Below are positions 36,985 through 50,084 of a DNA stretch of 64,000 bases, one piece after another. Position 1 is the first letter of the stretch. Every line of letters starts with the position of its first letter. The position numbers were made by a program, and so were the translations under genes. The notes under the pieces are model-generated. The model worked only from the letters and a program-made list of their open reading frames with translations, searched no databases and was not told where the DNA came from. This stretch comes from Mytilus californianus (taxonomy: Eukaryota): NCBI RefSeq assembly GCF_021869535.1, contig NW_026262615.1, positions 35,216,001 to 35,280,000 on the forward strand, written 5' to 3'.

Positions 36985-37850
36985 ATTCTAAATTGACAAC
37001 ATATTTGTGATGTTTTTAGGATTTGTGTTTTCATCAAGCAATGGACATTCCAATTGGAACTAACTATGCTCCTCTTTTTTGCCAACTTGTTTCTATTTTT
37101 ATATAAGGATGACTTCATACTTGAAAGATAAAAGAAAAGAAGAAAATAGTATCTTTTGACCTCAATTTCCGCTATATAGAAAATAAATTATTATTTAGTT
37201 GAACTCACCTATCCCATCGAACTTGAGATAAAGCATACAATAGTTCAGTCTGCATCGAATCTGGACTTACATCGAGAAATTGTCAATGATGGTCGGTCGA
37301 AAAAAAAATTTACAAAGAAAGAGTTGATTTCAGCTTCTGAATTGTGAACTTCCAATTTCCTGGTAGCAACAATACAGCAGGATATGCTTATAGAGTATAA
37401 ATTGCCTTGTAAATACGATTTACAAGGCCTGGTTATTCTTTTCATGATTTCCTTAATAGAGTATTGCTGATCTGAGAGAGTTCCAAGTGTTGAATTAGAA
37501 ATGGTCCTATCGTAAATTTTTGTCGAATGTCCATTTCACAGATGACAGCATATAACAACCCCGTCCCCTTTTGCTGAATTCGACCTACTGAATTAAACTT
37601 ACCACTGGGTTTGTTCTAACATAAGTTACACGACGGGTGACAAATGTGGCGTGAATCTGGTTACTATTTTGGAACACCTGAGATCACTCTCAGTTTTTGG
37701 TGGGTTTCGTGTTGTGCTGTTTTTGATTCAATATGCTGTGTTTTTGTACTTTTTTTGTCTGTTTGACTTTTTGTTTCATTTGAAGCCATGGCGTAATTAG
37801 ATTTTTTTTCGACTGACGAGTTTGAATGTATATTAGGTACTCTTGCCTCC
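36985..37850 (+). mobile_element. Penelope-like RT fragment continuous with the family B 3' end
   Basis: IDNIFV...DIPIGTNYAPLFANLFL...TYPIELEIK...ASNLDL...RVDFSF.IVNFQF, frameshifted, running into the reverse complement of family B. Confidence 0.78.
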
Positions 37851-39464
37851 ATCATATTTCTTTTTGATATGTATTCAACATAAGGCAACAATTAAAATAA
37901 GTTAAAACATTTAATATTTTGAAGATTTTAAAAAGGTATGAAACTTTAAATGTATGTGATGCACAAATAAAATATATCGATATAAAAAAATATTGAATTG
38001 AAACCTTAAGTAAGTTATGTCGTTAAAAGACTGTATTTTACAATTTTCTGGTCTTGTTTTGCAATTGTATTGAACCCTTTGGTGGATAGTGAAACTGTAA
38101 AAAAAAATGATTAGCAAACGAGCATTTACAAGACAGCTAAAAACATAGAAAAGGTTTACCAGTTAGCACCAGGTTTTATTCGCCTCTGGTCTTGATATTC
38201 GATATTTAGAATAGAATCATAGAAAATTATGTAAAAAGATAGCATCAATTTTATTCTAAAAATGTATTTTAGATTATATCAATAACTTTAATTTTACTTA
38301 AAACACACACTTAATACTTTTTTTTAATAAACGTGCCATGGGGAGAATCACTCTAGATATATATTTGAATTTGTGAGGTAATTGAGTTGTTTTAATCATT
38401 TTTGTATTTGTTTTCGATCGATCGCGATAACAAAAATGAAACTACAAAAAAATGTTTTTCAACTCCATAACTTCTTATAACAAGCATGTGATTTTCCTCA
38501 TGAAAACTGGTTGTTTCATTGTTTCCTAAATCATTTAAAAAACAATTCATTCACTGAAGTTCACTGCAAGAAACAATACGCCTTCTTGATCAACGGTCTT
38601 GACGTGGGTAATAAGATAAGTTTATCATGATTCAATTCTGTTTTAGAGTTATCTTTCTTTCTTATAATCTAAACATAGACAATATATTTCGGAAGAGTCT
38701 AAACATGGATATTAATTTTATAGTTTGAATCATTTTACCGTTGTATTGTAAGTACATTTGAATTTGATTGATAGCGATTAATCATTATATTATTTGTATT
38801 CCATATAGGTGTATGGCATATAAAAAGAAACTGTAAAATATTTGCATTAAATTTAGTGATTTTTAACTGTGAATTCTATTTTCGTTTTATGCTCGAATAA
38901 TTCTATAGTATAAAACATTAATGCATTGCAACCTTTTGACCGTACATATCATCAATATCATTTTTGACATAAGGAAATTGCTGTACAAAGTCATGAAAAT
39001 GACAATTGTTTAGTATTTAGAGTTTGGGTTGCTTAATTTACCTTTTGACAAGGAACTTTCCAATTTTAATTTCGTTATTTTTATTATTTTACTTTTTATA
39101 TTAATATTAGATAGGAAATATATTTTTATTTTAACAAAACGTTTTTCGAGTCTACTATCCAAGAAAACACATTATTTTACTAGTTTGACATACATTATAC
39201 TTACTCAAAATCTACGTTAATCTGAAACATTTCAATACGTTTCAACTTTCAATGTGCTACGTTGAAAGACGACTTATATAATTTTGCGAAAATAGAGTAA
39301 ACTGAATGGTCACAAATAGCTTTGTTCGAAAAGATGTACATTTACATCTATACCATATGCATTTGATCTGACTTGCTACTGCAATGGCACTCAATATTCA
39401 ACAAATCAACAATAAATCAGTAAGCTGAAATATGTTTTATATCATTTTATATTTTAAGGTAGAC

Positions 39465-39587
39465 ATGACACAATTTTTGCCGTTTTTAATATCTATTGAA
39501 AGAAGAAATGACAACGGGATAGATGTTGAATCATTCGTAAACAGTGCTAGCTGTGCCATTGCAGACAGAGCAAAATATAAATTTCGG
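39465..39587 (+). CDS. MIase-like two-domain protein, copy 3, coding exon 1
   Basis: TTTTAAG|GTAGAC-ATG; MTQFLPFLISIERRNDNGIDVESFVNSASCAIADRAKYKFR|GTGAGA (123 nt, phase 0). Confidence 0.8.
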
Positions 39588-40278
39588 GTGAGACATGATG
39601 TAATTGTAATTGTATCAATTATTCTAAAAATCAACAAATTAAATATTAAAAAGAAAATGACACAGAAGGAGGGTTCGGTGTAAACATAAATTAAGTAAAA
39701 CTTTCTTCTCACGCAGAGGAAAACAAATTAGGACTTAAAACAAGACTGGTAAAGAACACAAATATAATAAAGTTTATCGTTATAACATGTTCGAGTGCAA
39801 TGTAAGTACTAAATCAAAAGAAAAGATGAATGAACAATAACAGATCCATTGTTGACAATAGCATGCCAAAGTAGAGGTACAAAAACAGAACAAAAAATCA
39901 AAACAAAAAAACGTATGTCCACAAAAGAGTAATGAGTTCTGTTCTTTACAGATGGAGCTCTAATTTGTTGATTGTTTCTTTTATAATTGTCCTTTTCTCT
40001 TTGTTTTTTTTTTGTTTTATATGTTGATGTTGTCTGATTATATTATAACTAAATATTTGTTTTGGTCTGATAAAAATACTTAATATGCATAAGTATTTTC
40101 TAAATCTGCTTTTTTCCATTTAAGCAACATATTTTCCACAAAAGAATTCGGTTTGTAAATTTACTACATGATGAATTTGTTTACATAATAAATGTATACG
40201 CCGTTATCAAAGTCATCAATTTAATCATAATGAAGTTAAGAAAACAATTTTTTAGAACGTGCTTATCAATATTTTCAG

Positions 40279-40306
40279 GTAGTTGGTGAAGCAAAGGTTA
40301 TTGCAA
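40279..40306 (+). CDS. Copy 3, exon 2 (28 nt)
   Basis: TTTTCAG|VVGEAKVIA+A|GTATGT. Confidence 0.88.
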
Positions 40307-40859
40307 GTATGTTTTTAAACTAGTTAATAGTAACTGACCCATATTTTCATATCTAAAAACGAAACGATATCAGGTATATAAATCACATGTTATATTTTGT
40401 TCTCGTTTTTTTTTTTTCGATTCAGCAGTGTTTTAGACATATCAACGACGTACCAACAAAATGTATGTTGTTGAACATATGCCTTATTGTGGATTCGAGT
40501 GCAACAATGTTCGTGGATTAAAGAAATTTAGTATTTCAGTGAATATTTGATTTGTTGTCTGCATACAATATATATACATTAAGTGTACTTCGTTGAACAT
40601 ATTTATTAGTGATTTTCCTACATGTAAATACACGATATACACGATAATTGCCTTCTCAGGAAGATAAAAAAAAATACATAGTATTTTTTTTTCGATATCT
40701 GATTTTTCCGGATGAGTCGGCTAATGGTGGTTCAGATGGTTTACTGTACTCTACAATATTATTATCGGTAATGAAAAATGCTCAACTATTTCTATAACTT
40801 TAAACATACCGCAATCGGTATGGTCAACCGTACCTTAAAAGGGGTACTTTAATAGCATA

Positions 40860-41012
40860 AAACAGAGATGTGGTATGATAAATGGAACAACTTACCACCA
40901 AAGTTGAAATGAAGTGGATGTTAGCAATCATAGTCAACCGTACGGCAGTCAATAATGAGATAACTCCTTATCTTACAGTCGGCATTAAAAGGCCCTGACA
41001 TGAACTATATGA
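40860..41012. repeat. Short interspersed repeat (GATGTGGTATGA...CGTACGG...AAAAGGCCC family)
   Basis: Related copies near 16645, 24170, 52235, 56075 and 58830. Class not determinable from the sequence. Confidence 0.6.
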
Positions 41013-41539
41013 AACAGTGATTAGGTCCATTTTTGTACTTGCCGATTTATTAATATCAATTGTTGAAAACTAAATTTAGTGCAATATTTGGTAGAAGTCT
41101 ACACATTAAGTCTCTTTTGAGTCAGCCAAAGCTGATTGAAATGAAATAAATCGTCAAATTGACACTAACTGGTATGACTGTAAATGCATCCAACGTTGAG
41201 CGTGACTGTTACATGTTAAAGTGATATCGGTTAACACATAGTGTTCTAGTTTGTATACCTAGTCACGACGATCGGAAACGATTGAATGTTATCAGTTACA
41301 TTGTATATCACAATCTAAATAAGAAGCTACTTTGTGGAAACAATTTTTACGATCGATATTATGTGAACTCTACAACATGTAGTGCTACAGTCACTATACA
41401 CCGATTGAGATTTTCTTACCTATCAATATTTGTTTAATTAAATATTTATAACATATCGGATCAAATACTGGTAAACATGTAACCCTTGTGATTTATTCAA
41501 TTCTGTATGGCCGTGTTTTACAAAAGTCAATTGAATACA

Positions 41540-41740
41540 AGTGACAGGTTTAGCTAGCTATAAAACCAGGTTTAATCCAACATTTTCTACATAAGAAAAT
41601 GCCTGTACCAAGTCAGGAATATGACAGTTGTTATCCGTTCGTTTGATGTGTTTGAGCTTTTGATTTTGCCATTTGATTAGGGACTTTCCGTTTTGAATTT
41701 CCCTCGGAGTTCAGTATTTTTTCGATTTTACTTTTTGAGA
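41540..41740. repeat. Interspersed repeat shared with 17590-17810
   Basis: GGTTTAGCTA..TATAAAACCAGG.T.AATCCA...TTTTCTAC...GAGTTC.GTATT is present at both sites. Confidence 0.6.
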
Positions 41741-42015
41741 CTGTTACAGGATATGTGTTACACAACATATTTATTTTAACTGTACATGATACATTTTACT
41801 AGTAATTGTTATTTTATGGTTATGTATATGTTTTCATTTTAAATGTACTTTAAGACCTTCAAGAAATCGGGGTTATGTGCATTAGAATATCGTGTTGCTT
41901 CTAAATTTTATATATTGACAACTGACAAATGCCATTTGGTAAATGAGAAGGTTTACTTATTCGTCATTTTAATTTGCCTTATTCTGGTTGTCGAATACAA
42001 ACAAAAATGCTAGTC

Positions 42016-42950
42016 TTTAATTGTCTCCTGCGAAACGCATTACGGGGGACATAGAAATGCCGGCGTCTGACCGTCCGTCTGTCTGTGCTTCTGTCCGTCC
42101 GGTCTTGTTAGCGCTCTCATGTGTACAATTCTTTCCGTATTTTCATGAAACATAAATATAGATTAGAGTCAGCAATGTCTTGGAAGAGTTCAAAAACCAA
42201 TAACGATCAATTATTTTAAAGAGTTATGCCCATTGGAAACATTAGTTATATCGAAAATTTCAATGTTGGCGCTCTCATTTGCACTATTATATCACACACA
42301 TATCATAGGTTTTTATCTGCAATGTTATGGACGAGTTCGAAAATCAGTGCCGAGCAATCATTTTTAAAGAGAGTTATATTTGTCCCTTTGAAATATTTAT
42401 TATATAGAAAACCGACTTGTGTGAGCTCTTATGTGTACAATGTGTCCGATTTTATAAAGATAATTTTGCAAGTTTATATCATCAGTATCTTTGACAATTT
42501 CGAAGATAAGTGCCGATCAAGTATTTTTAAAAGAGTTTTTTACAGCTTTGAAATATTGCTTATATGGATAACTGCATTGTCAGCGCTTTCAAGTTCAATT
42601 TAAGTCAGATTTTATGACATTCATATTATAGGTTTATATTAGCAATGTATATTACAAGTTAAAAAACCGGTGCCGATCAATTATTTTCAAAAGAATAAAG
42701 CCTCTCGGAAAAATTTATTTTATAGCAAATTGCATTGTTGGCGCTCTCATCTGTACAAATCTAGCCAGAATGTTATGAAACGTATTTCATAGATTTATGT
42801 CGGCAATGTCTTTAACGCTGTCGTAAATAGTGCTGATCATATATTTTTAAAGAGTTATGCATTTTATCTTTTTTTCAGTTATTGTCCTTGTACATTGGAA
42901 AGATAAAATATGTGCAATGAGGGGGACATTGAAACTCTGTTTAGTTTATT
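42016..42950 (+). mobile_element. HINE-type element with ~160-bp internal tandem repeats (~5 units)
   Basis: 5' TTGTCTCCT...GGGGGACAT, (GTCC/GTCT)n microsatellite, GATCAATTATTTT..AAGAGTTAT recurring near 42206, 42353, 42518, 42675 and 42836, and 3' GGGGGACATT. Confidence 0.72.
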
Positions 42951-43317
42951 TATCGTCCCTTACAGTGCCTAAATATTAGGGTTAGTTTTAGGAGATATGT
43001 TGGTTCATTGTAGACACTCTTTGGTGCGGTTTTAATCATTTTTTTCTGTTTTGCTTGTTATTGTTATTGCCTAAATATATGCGTACAGATGAGAAGACTA
43101 AGTATTGAAAAGTAAAGAGAATAATTTGTACGTGGGACTGATAAATTTAATTTGAAAAAAGTAGAATCGTCACATACGAGCATGTGTTATCGTGTAGTAT
43201 TCAAATTATCAAATATTAATTGTTCAAAGTTCGCATTCGTAGATATTATTTAGATGCATTTGTTTGGATGTAGCAGTAAAGAGAAAAATGAAAATAAAAA
43301 TCTGTGTTTACTTTTAG

Positions 43318-43524
43318 TTTTAGAGGTACAAGATGAATCAGTTGTAAATGCAGTTACTTCTGATATTATGAAGATGGGTCCATATCCTGTGATTTGTACA
43401 CCTCTTACCCGATTAGAATGGTTGGCACAATTGTATGGCATTCGTTCAGAGCACATAGTACCAGCTCCAAGCAAATTATCTGGAAAATTTGTCGCATGGT
43501 TTGAAATATCACTGGCGAAATATG
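43318..43524 (+). CDS. Copy 3, exon 3
   Basis: CTTTTAG| 207 nt, phase 1-1: (I)LEVQDESVVNAVTSDIMKMGPYPVICTPLTRLEW...KFVAWFEISLAKY-G|GTAATG. Confidence 0.9.
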
Positions 43525-45016
43525 GTAATGTAAATTTGTTGATATCTCCAATTTATGATTTTGGTACCTTTGATAACTATCTGCAGTTCTGAAAAACGAC
43601 TGATACGTTTTATACTTAATTGCGCTTATTGTAATAGTTGATTATTACATAATATTTTTTGTAACTGATTGATTGAACTATATCAACTCTTAAGTACGGC
43701 AATATATAATATTTAGTTAAACGGCATGAGATAAAGCGATTATAGATCCTTGAACTAAATCTCATTTATGATTGTTAATCCGATACGGTACTTCAGGGCT
43801 TTTTTGTGTGCCGTTGATGTTTTGGTTGCAAAATCAATATTGTTTAGTAAATAAACGTTTTCCATGGACCTTCTCAATGTTGTAGTCTGCGAATTCTTTG
43901 TTACTACACGATATTACACGATATAATGTTTTTAAACAATTAAAATAATTAAAGCTCGTAACATCAAATAAGTTGACAAACACAAACTGCTGGTGTTTTC
44001 TTTATCCATAACGTAAGAATTGTTATTTTCAATAATATAATAAAAGGTATGAGTCAACGTTATATTTGTCAAGCTATAAGTCGTGCAAAATTGCCCAAAT
44101 TGTTCATGAAAAAATCACGTTTGTTTGTGCATAGAAAGAAATCTATGAGATAAAATATGAGAAGATAGGTTTTATAATATGCTTTTAGAAAATGAAAAAT
44201 CCAGAAGTCATCTCTGGTGATCCGCGTTATGTGCACGGTTCGGTTTTTGATCATAAGTGAAGGTCTTATGGTAATATAGGGCTGTTAAACAATTATCTTT
44301 CAGACAATGAAGATTTTGTTAGTCTATGGTCAAACTGATCAGTTGTTGGTATTTACCTGAACTCATCAACATAATAATGAATTGTTTAAAAAGCTACTGA
44401 AAAGTACTGAGCTTCTCCATGTTCACTACTTTAGTTTTTTGATCGGGTTGTTGTCTCTATTCAACAAATTGTCTGAAATCTACTGCAGTCTGCAAATTGA
44501 AATAAAGACTGAATATGACTGAAAATTGACAGATAATGTGAGATCAACAGGATCGTTTAAGACTTAAGTTTAAGAACAAGTAGAACATGAAGCAGGAGTC
44601 ATCTCTTTAAAAGTAGATCATGATTTATATGACACTATGACAAAACTATGTCACAGATGATCACGGATATGAACAGTTCAAAAAGCAACATATTGGTTTT
44701 CTGCGGTTCACCAAACGGAACTTATTCCCAGAAGTTTTAATTGTCATAATTAACTCCGCGGATGCCTTTATAAGAGCAAGGAGAACCCTTTTATATGAGC
44801 AGATGACTTAAGACAAGGACTTTATGTTAGGTTTCATGTAAATCACAAATTTTCGTCGTGTTGGTTTGTGGCTTTTGTTTGGTTGTTCATGTATTTTTTC
44901 TACTTATCATAGCATGGTCTGGTTTTTGAGGCCATCAATTCTGTAATGTTTCATTCTTTTAAGTTTGTACAATGCAACTCAGTGCATCCATTAAATGTTA
45001 ATACCTTTTAATACAG

Positions 45017-45132
45017 GTATGACACAAGCACAAGTTGAATTTCAATGGACGAACTATGCTGCTGCAATCTTCGAACAACGCAGAAAAAAAGAAATCGAGA
45101 TAGACATTTTCAAAGTTCTTGGGGAAAGAAGG
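45017..45132 (+). CDS. Copy 3, exon 4
   Basis: ATACAG| 116 nt: (G)MTQAQVEFQWTNYAAAIFEQRRKKEIEIDIFKVLGERR|GTATTT. Confidence 0.9.
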
Positions 45133-46929
45133 GTATTTGTCGTTTTAAAGTGAATTTACCCAATCAAACACTAATGCTACTAACATTAAATCACCAACAT
45201 CAACTACATTAACAAATACTAACACAACCAGATCAACAATAGTATTTACTCTATTAACGACTGACAGATCTACACCCTTCGTACATGTACACCCTGTACG
45301 CTTCCATAATTAATATACAAATTGAATCAGTTTTGACGACTACCCCGTCAATTACGCTGGACGTCAGAATTGATTTTAAATAAACAACATATTATAAATA
45401 ATATACATTGTTTGAGTAAACTTCCATACATTTATAAATCACTTATTTTTTTTTAATAACTTAAGAAGGTTGCTCCACGTACCAACGACCAAGGCACGCT
45501 CAGGGAAAACTAGAGATTAAACCGTATAGTATTTGAAGGTCAAAAAAGCTCTAAAACCTGTGTTCTCTAGTAAAAATACCTTCCGACAGACCGTCTCATA
45601 GAGACAACACGAGAACTTGCTTTGGTAATAAATTTTCATTCTCAATCAAACTATGCACTTTTTACTTGTATAAAATTTTATAACTGAAATTCAGAAATAC
45701 AAAAATATTCTACGCCTACATGTTTTCAATATAAAATCTGTTATAAAAATGTAATTTTGGTGTGTACGCTTCAAAAGACTGTTAGAAAGTGAGATACATT
45801 CACATGCCTATATTTTATCTCTAATCAATTTTGATTACAAACAAATCCTGCTTGGACAATACCTTATTTACAAACCGTTCATACAGACACTTTTCCTCTA
45901 TAACTGTCCGAAACGCTGGAAAATTCATTTATAAGTGCTATCACTGTCGTTAATTGCACTAATATCCTTATTATCACTATTGCAGCAATCTGTACTGCTA
46001 CTGTTCCTATAACATGCAAAAACTATATTAAAGATAAATACCACTTCTTGAAATTCCTGCAATAGAAAACTGGCGGACCAGGCATTTGTGACATTTCAAA
46101 TGATCAATAAATTATTGCGATTTACAGTATTAGCAGGATTTGTTTTATTGATTAAACTTCTATAATGTATAGTTCGTTATTCGTTCCTCATAGAGGTAAA
46201 TCAAGAAAAGCGCTTAGAATCCAACAAATGTATAGTGTTATTTCCATTTTCTGGGTCGAAACTTTCTGAATCTTATGAATTGTTTCTGCCCTAGTGCATC
46301 ATCCGATCATTATTCACTGCATCTGTATTAATAACGAATAATAATACGTTATGAAATCATATCAAGGGTCCGTAAATGGGTTTATATACATAACAGAATC
46401 AACTGAGAGGAATTTTAAGGATACATTACATATATATTATTAACAAATAAATGTAAATCCTCCTTGTCAGAAGGTGTATGAAATTATTAAAGATAATACA
46501 TGTATGAATACTTGTTGTTCTACATGTAAATACAGCCATGTCACTCGTATCTCTAGTCATTAGAACCATGGAATATGGAATATCATTCTTCGATTCCCCC
46601 TCGATACATTTAGACATTATTATGTAACTACGGATCAAAATTGAAGTCTCTCAGCGAATTTGAGTTTAGAACGAAATAGATATTTATACATTTATAAGCT
46701 TTTAGCTGTCTATGGGCTATTGTATGTCTACATCATTGTCCTTTTAATTTTGTTGTATCAGCGTACAATTGTTGCTTAATCAACTTAATTTGTTATCTAT
46801 AATAAGGGCGGAGAACAAATTATAAAGGGTAATTTATTTAAACTTTAACAGGCCGAACACATCATTCGTTATTTAAAATAAAACTCACTATACGATAAAC
46901 ATTTCTTTTTCTTTCTTTTTCATAATTAG

Positions 46930-47043
46930 TTATATGGTTTCTCCTGTAGAGGAGCGGGTGAAGAAAACTGGGAACATCATCTATCGAAACTTCCATTGGG
47001 AGACAGAATATACGAGAAGATGAAACTTGTTACAAATATGTAA
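46930..47043 (+). CDS. Copy 3, last exon
   Basis: ATTAG| LYGFSCRGAGEENWEHHLSKLPLGDRIYEKMKLVTNM* (114 nt). The five exons total 588 nt, giving 195 aa plus stop. Confidence 0.85.
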   Translation, partial: LYGFSCRGAGEENWEHHLSKLPLGDRIYEKMKLVTNM

Positions 47044-47352
47044 GAAAGGCTAAAAAGTCGCATTCTCGTCAAACTTCGCTGAACTTTTGCGTTTTTTTTA
47101 GTTTTTGATTACATAATAAAGTCTGAGATTGATGTTTTCCTTTTGCTTTAATTAGTTACCAGATGTTGTATAAACGTATGTTTGTATGAAATCAATTTTG
47201 AAACATTGCATTGTTTAAAATACCAAGGACTGTCTACCCCTGTTATATATCAACTGTTAAGTAAGTTGTATTTGGTAAAAAAACCTTTGGTGTGTGTGGT
47301 CCTGAAAGCTATTCTATTTGTTTTGTATTTGGCTCTTAAACTTTTTAGTTCA

Positions 47353-47397
47353 AGAGTAACTAATGAGCCTTTTGATGACGAAACACACGTCTGCCGT
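47353..47397 (+). ncRNA. Degenerate type I hammerhead ribozyme motif (best-preserved copy)
   Basis: CTAATGA-GCC-TTTTGAT-GAC-GAAA-CACAC-GTC-TGCCGT; one core substitution relative to CTGATGA. Confidence 0.65.
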
Positions 47398-49768
47398 ACA
47401 ATATTATAAGCCTTGTATGTTTGATGAATGTGTTTTTTAAATACAATCACTTAATCCACATGAAATCCATAATTAACATAAAAAAATCACATTAAATCGA
47501 TCGGTATGTTATATGCTCTACACGCCTCTTTCAAAATATCAAAACTCAAAAGTTACACTGACATTACTCATTTATGGGCTGGTACAAATCAAACTAAATG
47601 TATATGGATTTTAAAAATATAATATGATCCTTTTAATTATGATCTTTCATTTACCAAATAAACAGAAAATATGACATGAAAATTTGTAAAACTAATCATA
47701 GGAGGAAAGCAACGGCGAGTCTGTACCATACAATAAACTAAGGACGTATGTTATACATCGACCAACGACTAACAGTAAAGGACAGGCTCATGACTTGGGA
47801 CAGGCATGTATTGAATATGAATGGTGGAAAATGCAAGCCAATTACAACTTGTTTTCAAATAACATTCTTTTGAAATGCAAGATATCGTTTCTTTTTAAGA
47901 CATGTAAGAGGTTTTTTTTTCTTTATCAACATTCAAATATGTCAAGTCTGAAACCAAAATTGTCTTTCATACTATTTGTAATGAATATAATATTAAATAG
48001 CTGAGTAATTTAAACAAAAAACATTTACTATACAAAAAAGCAAGTCAAAAAGCATATAAAAAAGAGCTGAATATATCAAAGAGATATAAATACTCTTAGT
48101 CGAAGCCAAACTGACAACACCATGACAAAAATTGGAAAACGACAAGAAATTTGAAGACAAACAACAATCTACCAAGCAAAACGTAGAATACTATCAAAAA
48201 AAACTTAGCAATACGTTTATTGTATTGTTTTAATTTTCTGATATATCATTAGAGTATATAAAGTAATAAAAAAGATTGGGCTTCAGAAGTCGACAAAATT
48301 AACCAATTAACATACGTTGTTGGTAAACAATATACATTGTGTACATATACAAAGCAAAGTCTTTTCCTTAAATATATTGCATCAATCGCTTTCTCATTGA
48401 TACAGCAGTGGGGCCTTCAGGCACAGCAAAGCAAGTTCTAAATACGATAGTATTCATTTAAAATCAGATTGAAAACTATAGGTGACTCACATATATATTG
48501 GTATAACTGAAATCGATGAACGCCTATTCAATAAAATAATGCTGGTAAAACACGATTTTACCAAATAATGTGTTTTGACACTATTATTGAATCCTTAAGA
48601 AGATACAGAGACTGTGAACAGAAACAAATAATCAGCAAACCAGGATGCATGTATATACCAAAAAAAAAACGTCGTTAAGAAAACAAAATGCGATTGTTTA
48701 ACAAGTTAGCAGCAGGGTTCATTTACCTCAATGGTAGCCTTTTTTGGTTCTGCGTTTTCCCTATCAAAGATCCACTGAAAAAAATGTCGAAATCTGAATT
48801 ATCAACACCTTTCGGTGTAATTGAAACTGCAAAACACATATGGTGCCGCAGCTTTTTTGATAGAAAAATTGCATTTTTTAAGGGTACTCAACGGTTCCGG
48901 AATTTTCGAAAAAGTATAAATGAAGAACACCCCTTGCTAAATTTGGCACAGAAAATGTTTCTCGTCACAGAGAGTTTTCTCTAAATTTCTCGCTATTTCT
49001 ACACCAATGGCCAACACTCATTTCTCACTATTTCAATTTTGATTTCTAATTACAAGGGCAGCAGAAAATAAATTTACTTCTACCTATTATCTTGGATGTG
49101 AAATCTAGGAGGCGCCAATCATCTTTATTTACTTCCTTTTGACCTATATATTGATATATAGGTAGAATTTTACACATTCCACCATTAACATGATTAATTA
49201 AACGTTTAAATATACATGTAAGTGTTAGTAATTAATCATCAGGTGCTTTGAACTTCGTTCAATTGGATTACACATACTGTAAATGAATAGAACTGAACAT
49301 TAATTGCTGCAGTAAGTGTCTTTGGTTTTTTTTTACCTTCGTTTTTGCTCGACTTAATCTGCATTGTAAATTATTTATGCATTAAACTATTCGTCCATGC
49401 ATGTGATAAATTAAGTTATGTCAATTAATTATTGTTTTACCACGACATTACTCAATTTCATCATTTTCATCTGCTGGAATTTAAAGAAAATGTTCAACCA
49501 CGGAGTTGTTTCATTTAACTCCGTCAAGATTACAAAGAATTATTATTATGCTTTATTATTACTGTACGATGACTCAAGTTCGTAAATCTGGTAATCTTCA
49601 AAACGTCTTAGGTTTCAATGTTTTACCCTTGAAACTCGACTGCCTTGAAGCAACTGTAATTTTATTCGTTATAAATAGGTCTTGTCGAAAACATGTACAT
49701 AAAAAAAAAAATCCATAATGAAACTTCAACTTGATTATATTGAAAACGCTTTGAATTTTAAGGTAGAT

Positions 49769-49893
49769 ATGTCTAAATTTTTGCAGTTTTTTATATATCC
49801 GTTGAAATCAAAAATGAAAACGGGATTGATGTTGAACCACTCATTAACTGTGCAAGCGGAGTCATTGCAAACAAAGCAAAATATAAGTTTAGG
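49769..49893 (+). pseudogene. MIase-like gene copy 4a, coding exon 1 (+2 frameshift)
   Basis: TTTTAAG|GTAGAT-ATG...ISVEIKNENGIDVEPLINCASGVIANKAKYKFR|GTAAGA. 125 nt versus 123 nt; extra AT in ATATAT. Confidence 0.8.
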
Positions 49894-50084
49894 GTAAGAT
49901 ATGATGTAATGACACTTTAATTGTACAATTTGAAATATCAACAATTGAATATAAAATGTTCGCTTATTAAATAATAAAAGGTAGTGGAGCTTACAACACA
50001 CGTAGTCAAAGAACAGTGTCGTTGTAAAAATTAAAGCAAGAAGAGTAAAGAACAAATTTAGTATTCAGATAATTATTATAACAT

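Noticed and set aside
42226-42603. 125-aa ORF
   Set aside because: Lies wholly in the tandem-repeat core of a HINE-type element.
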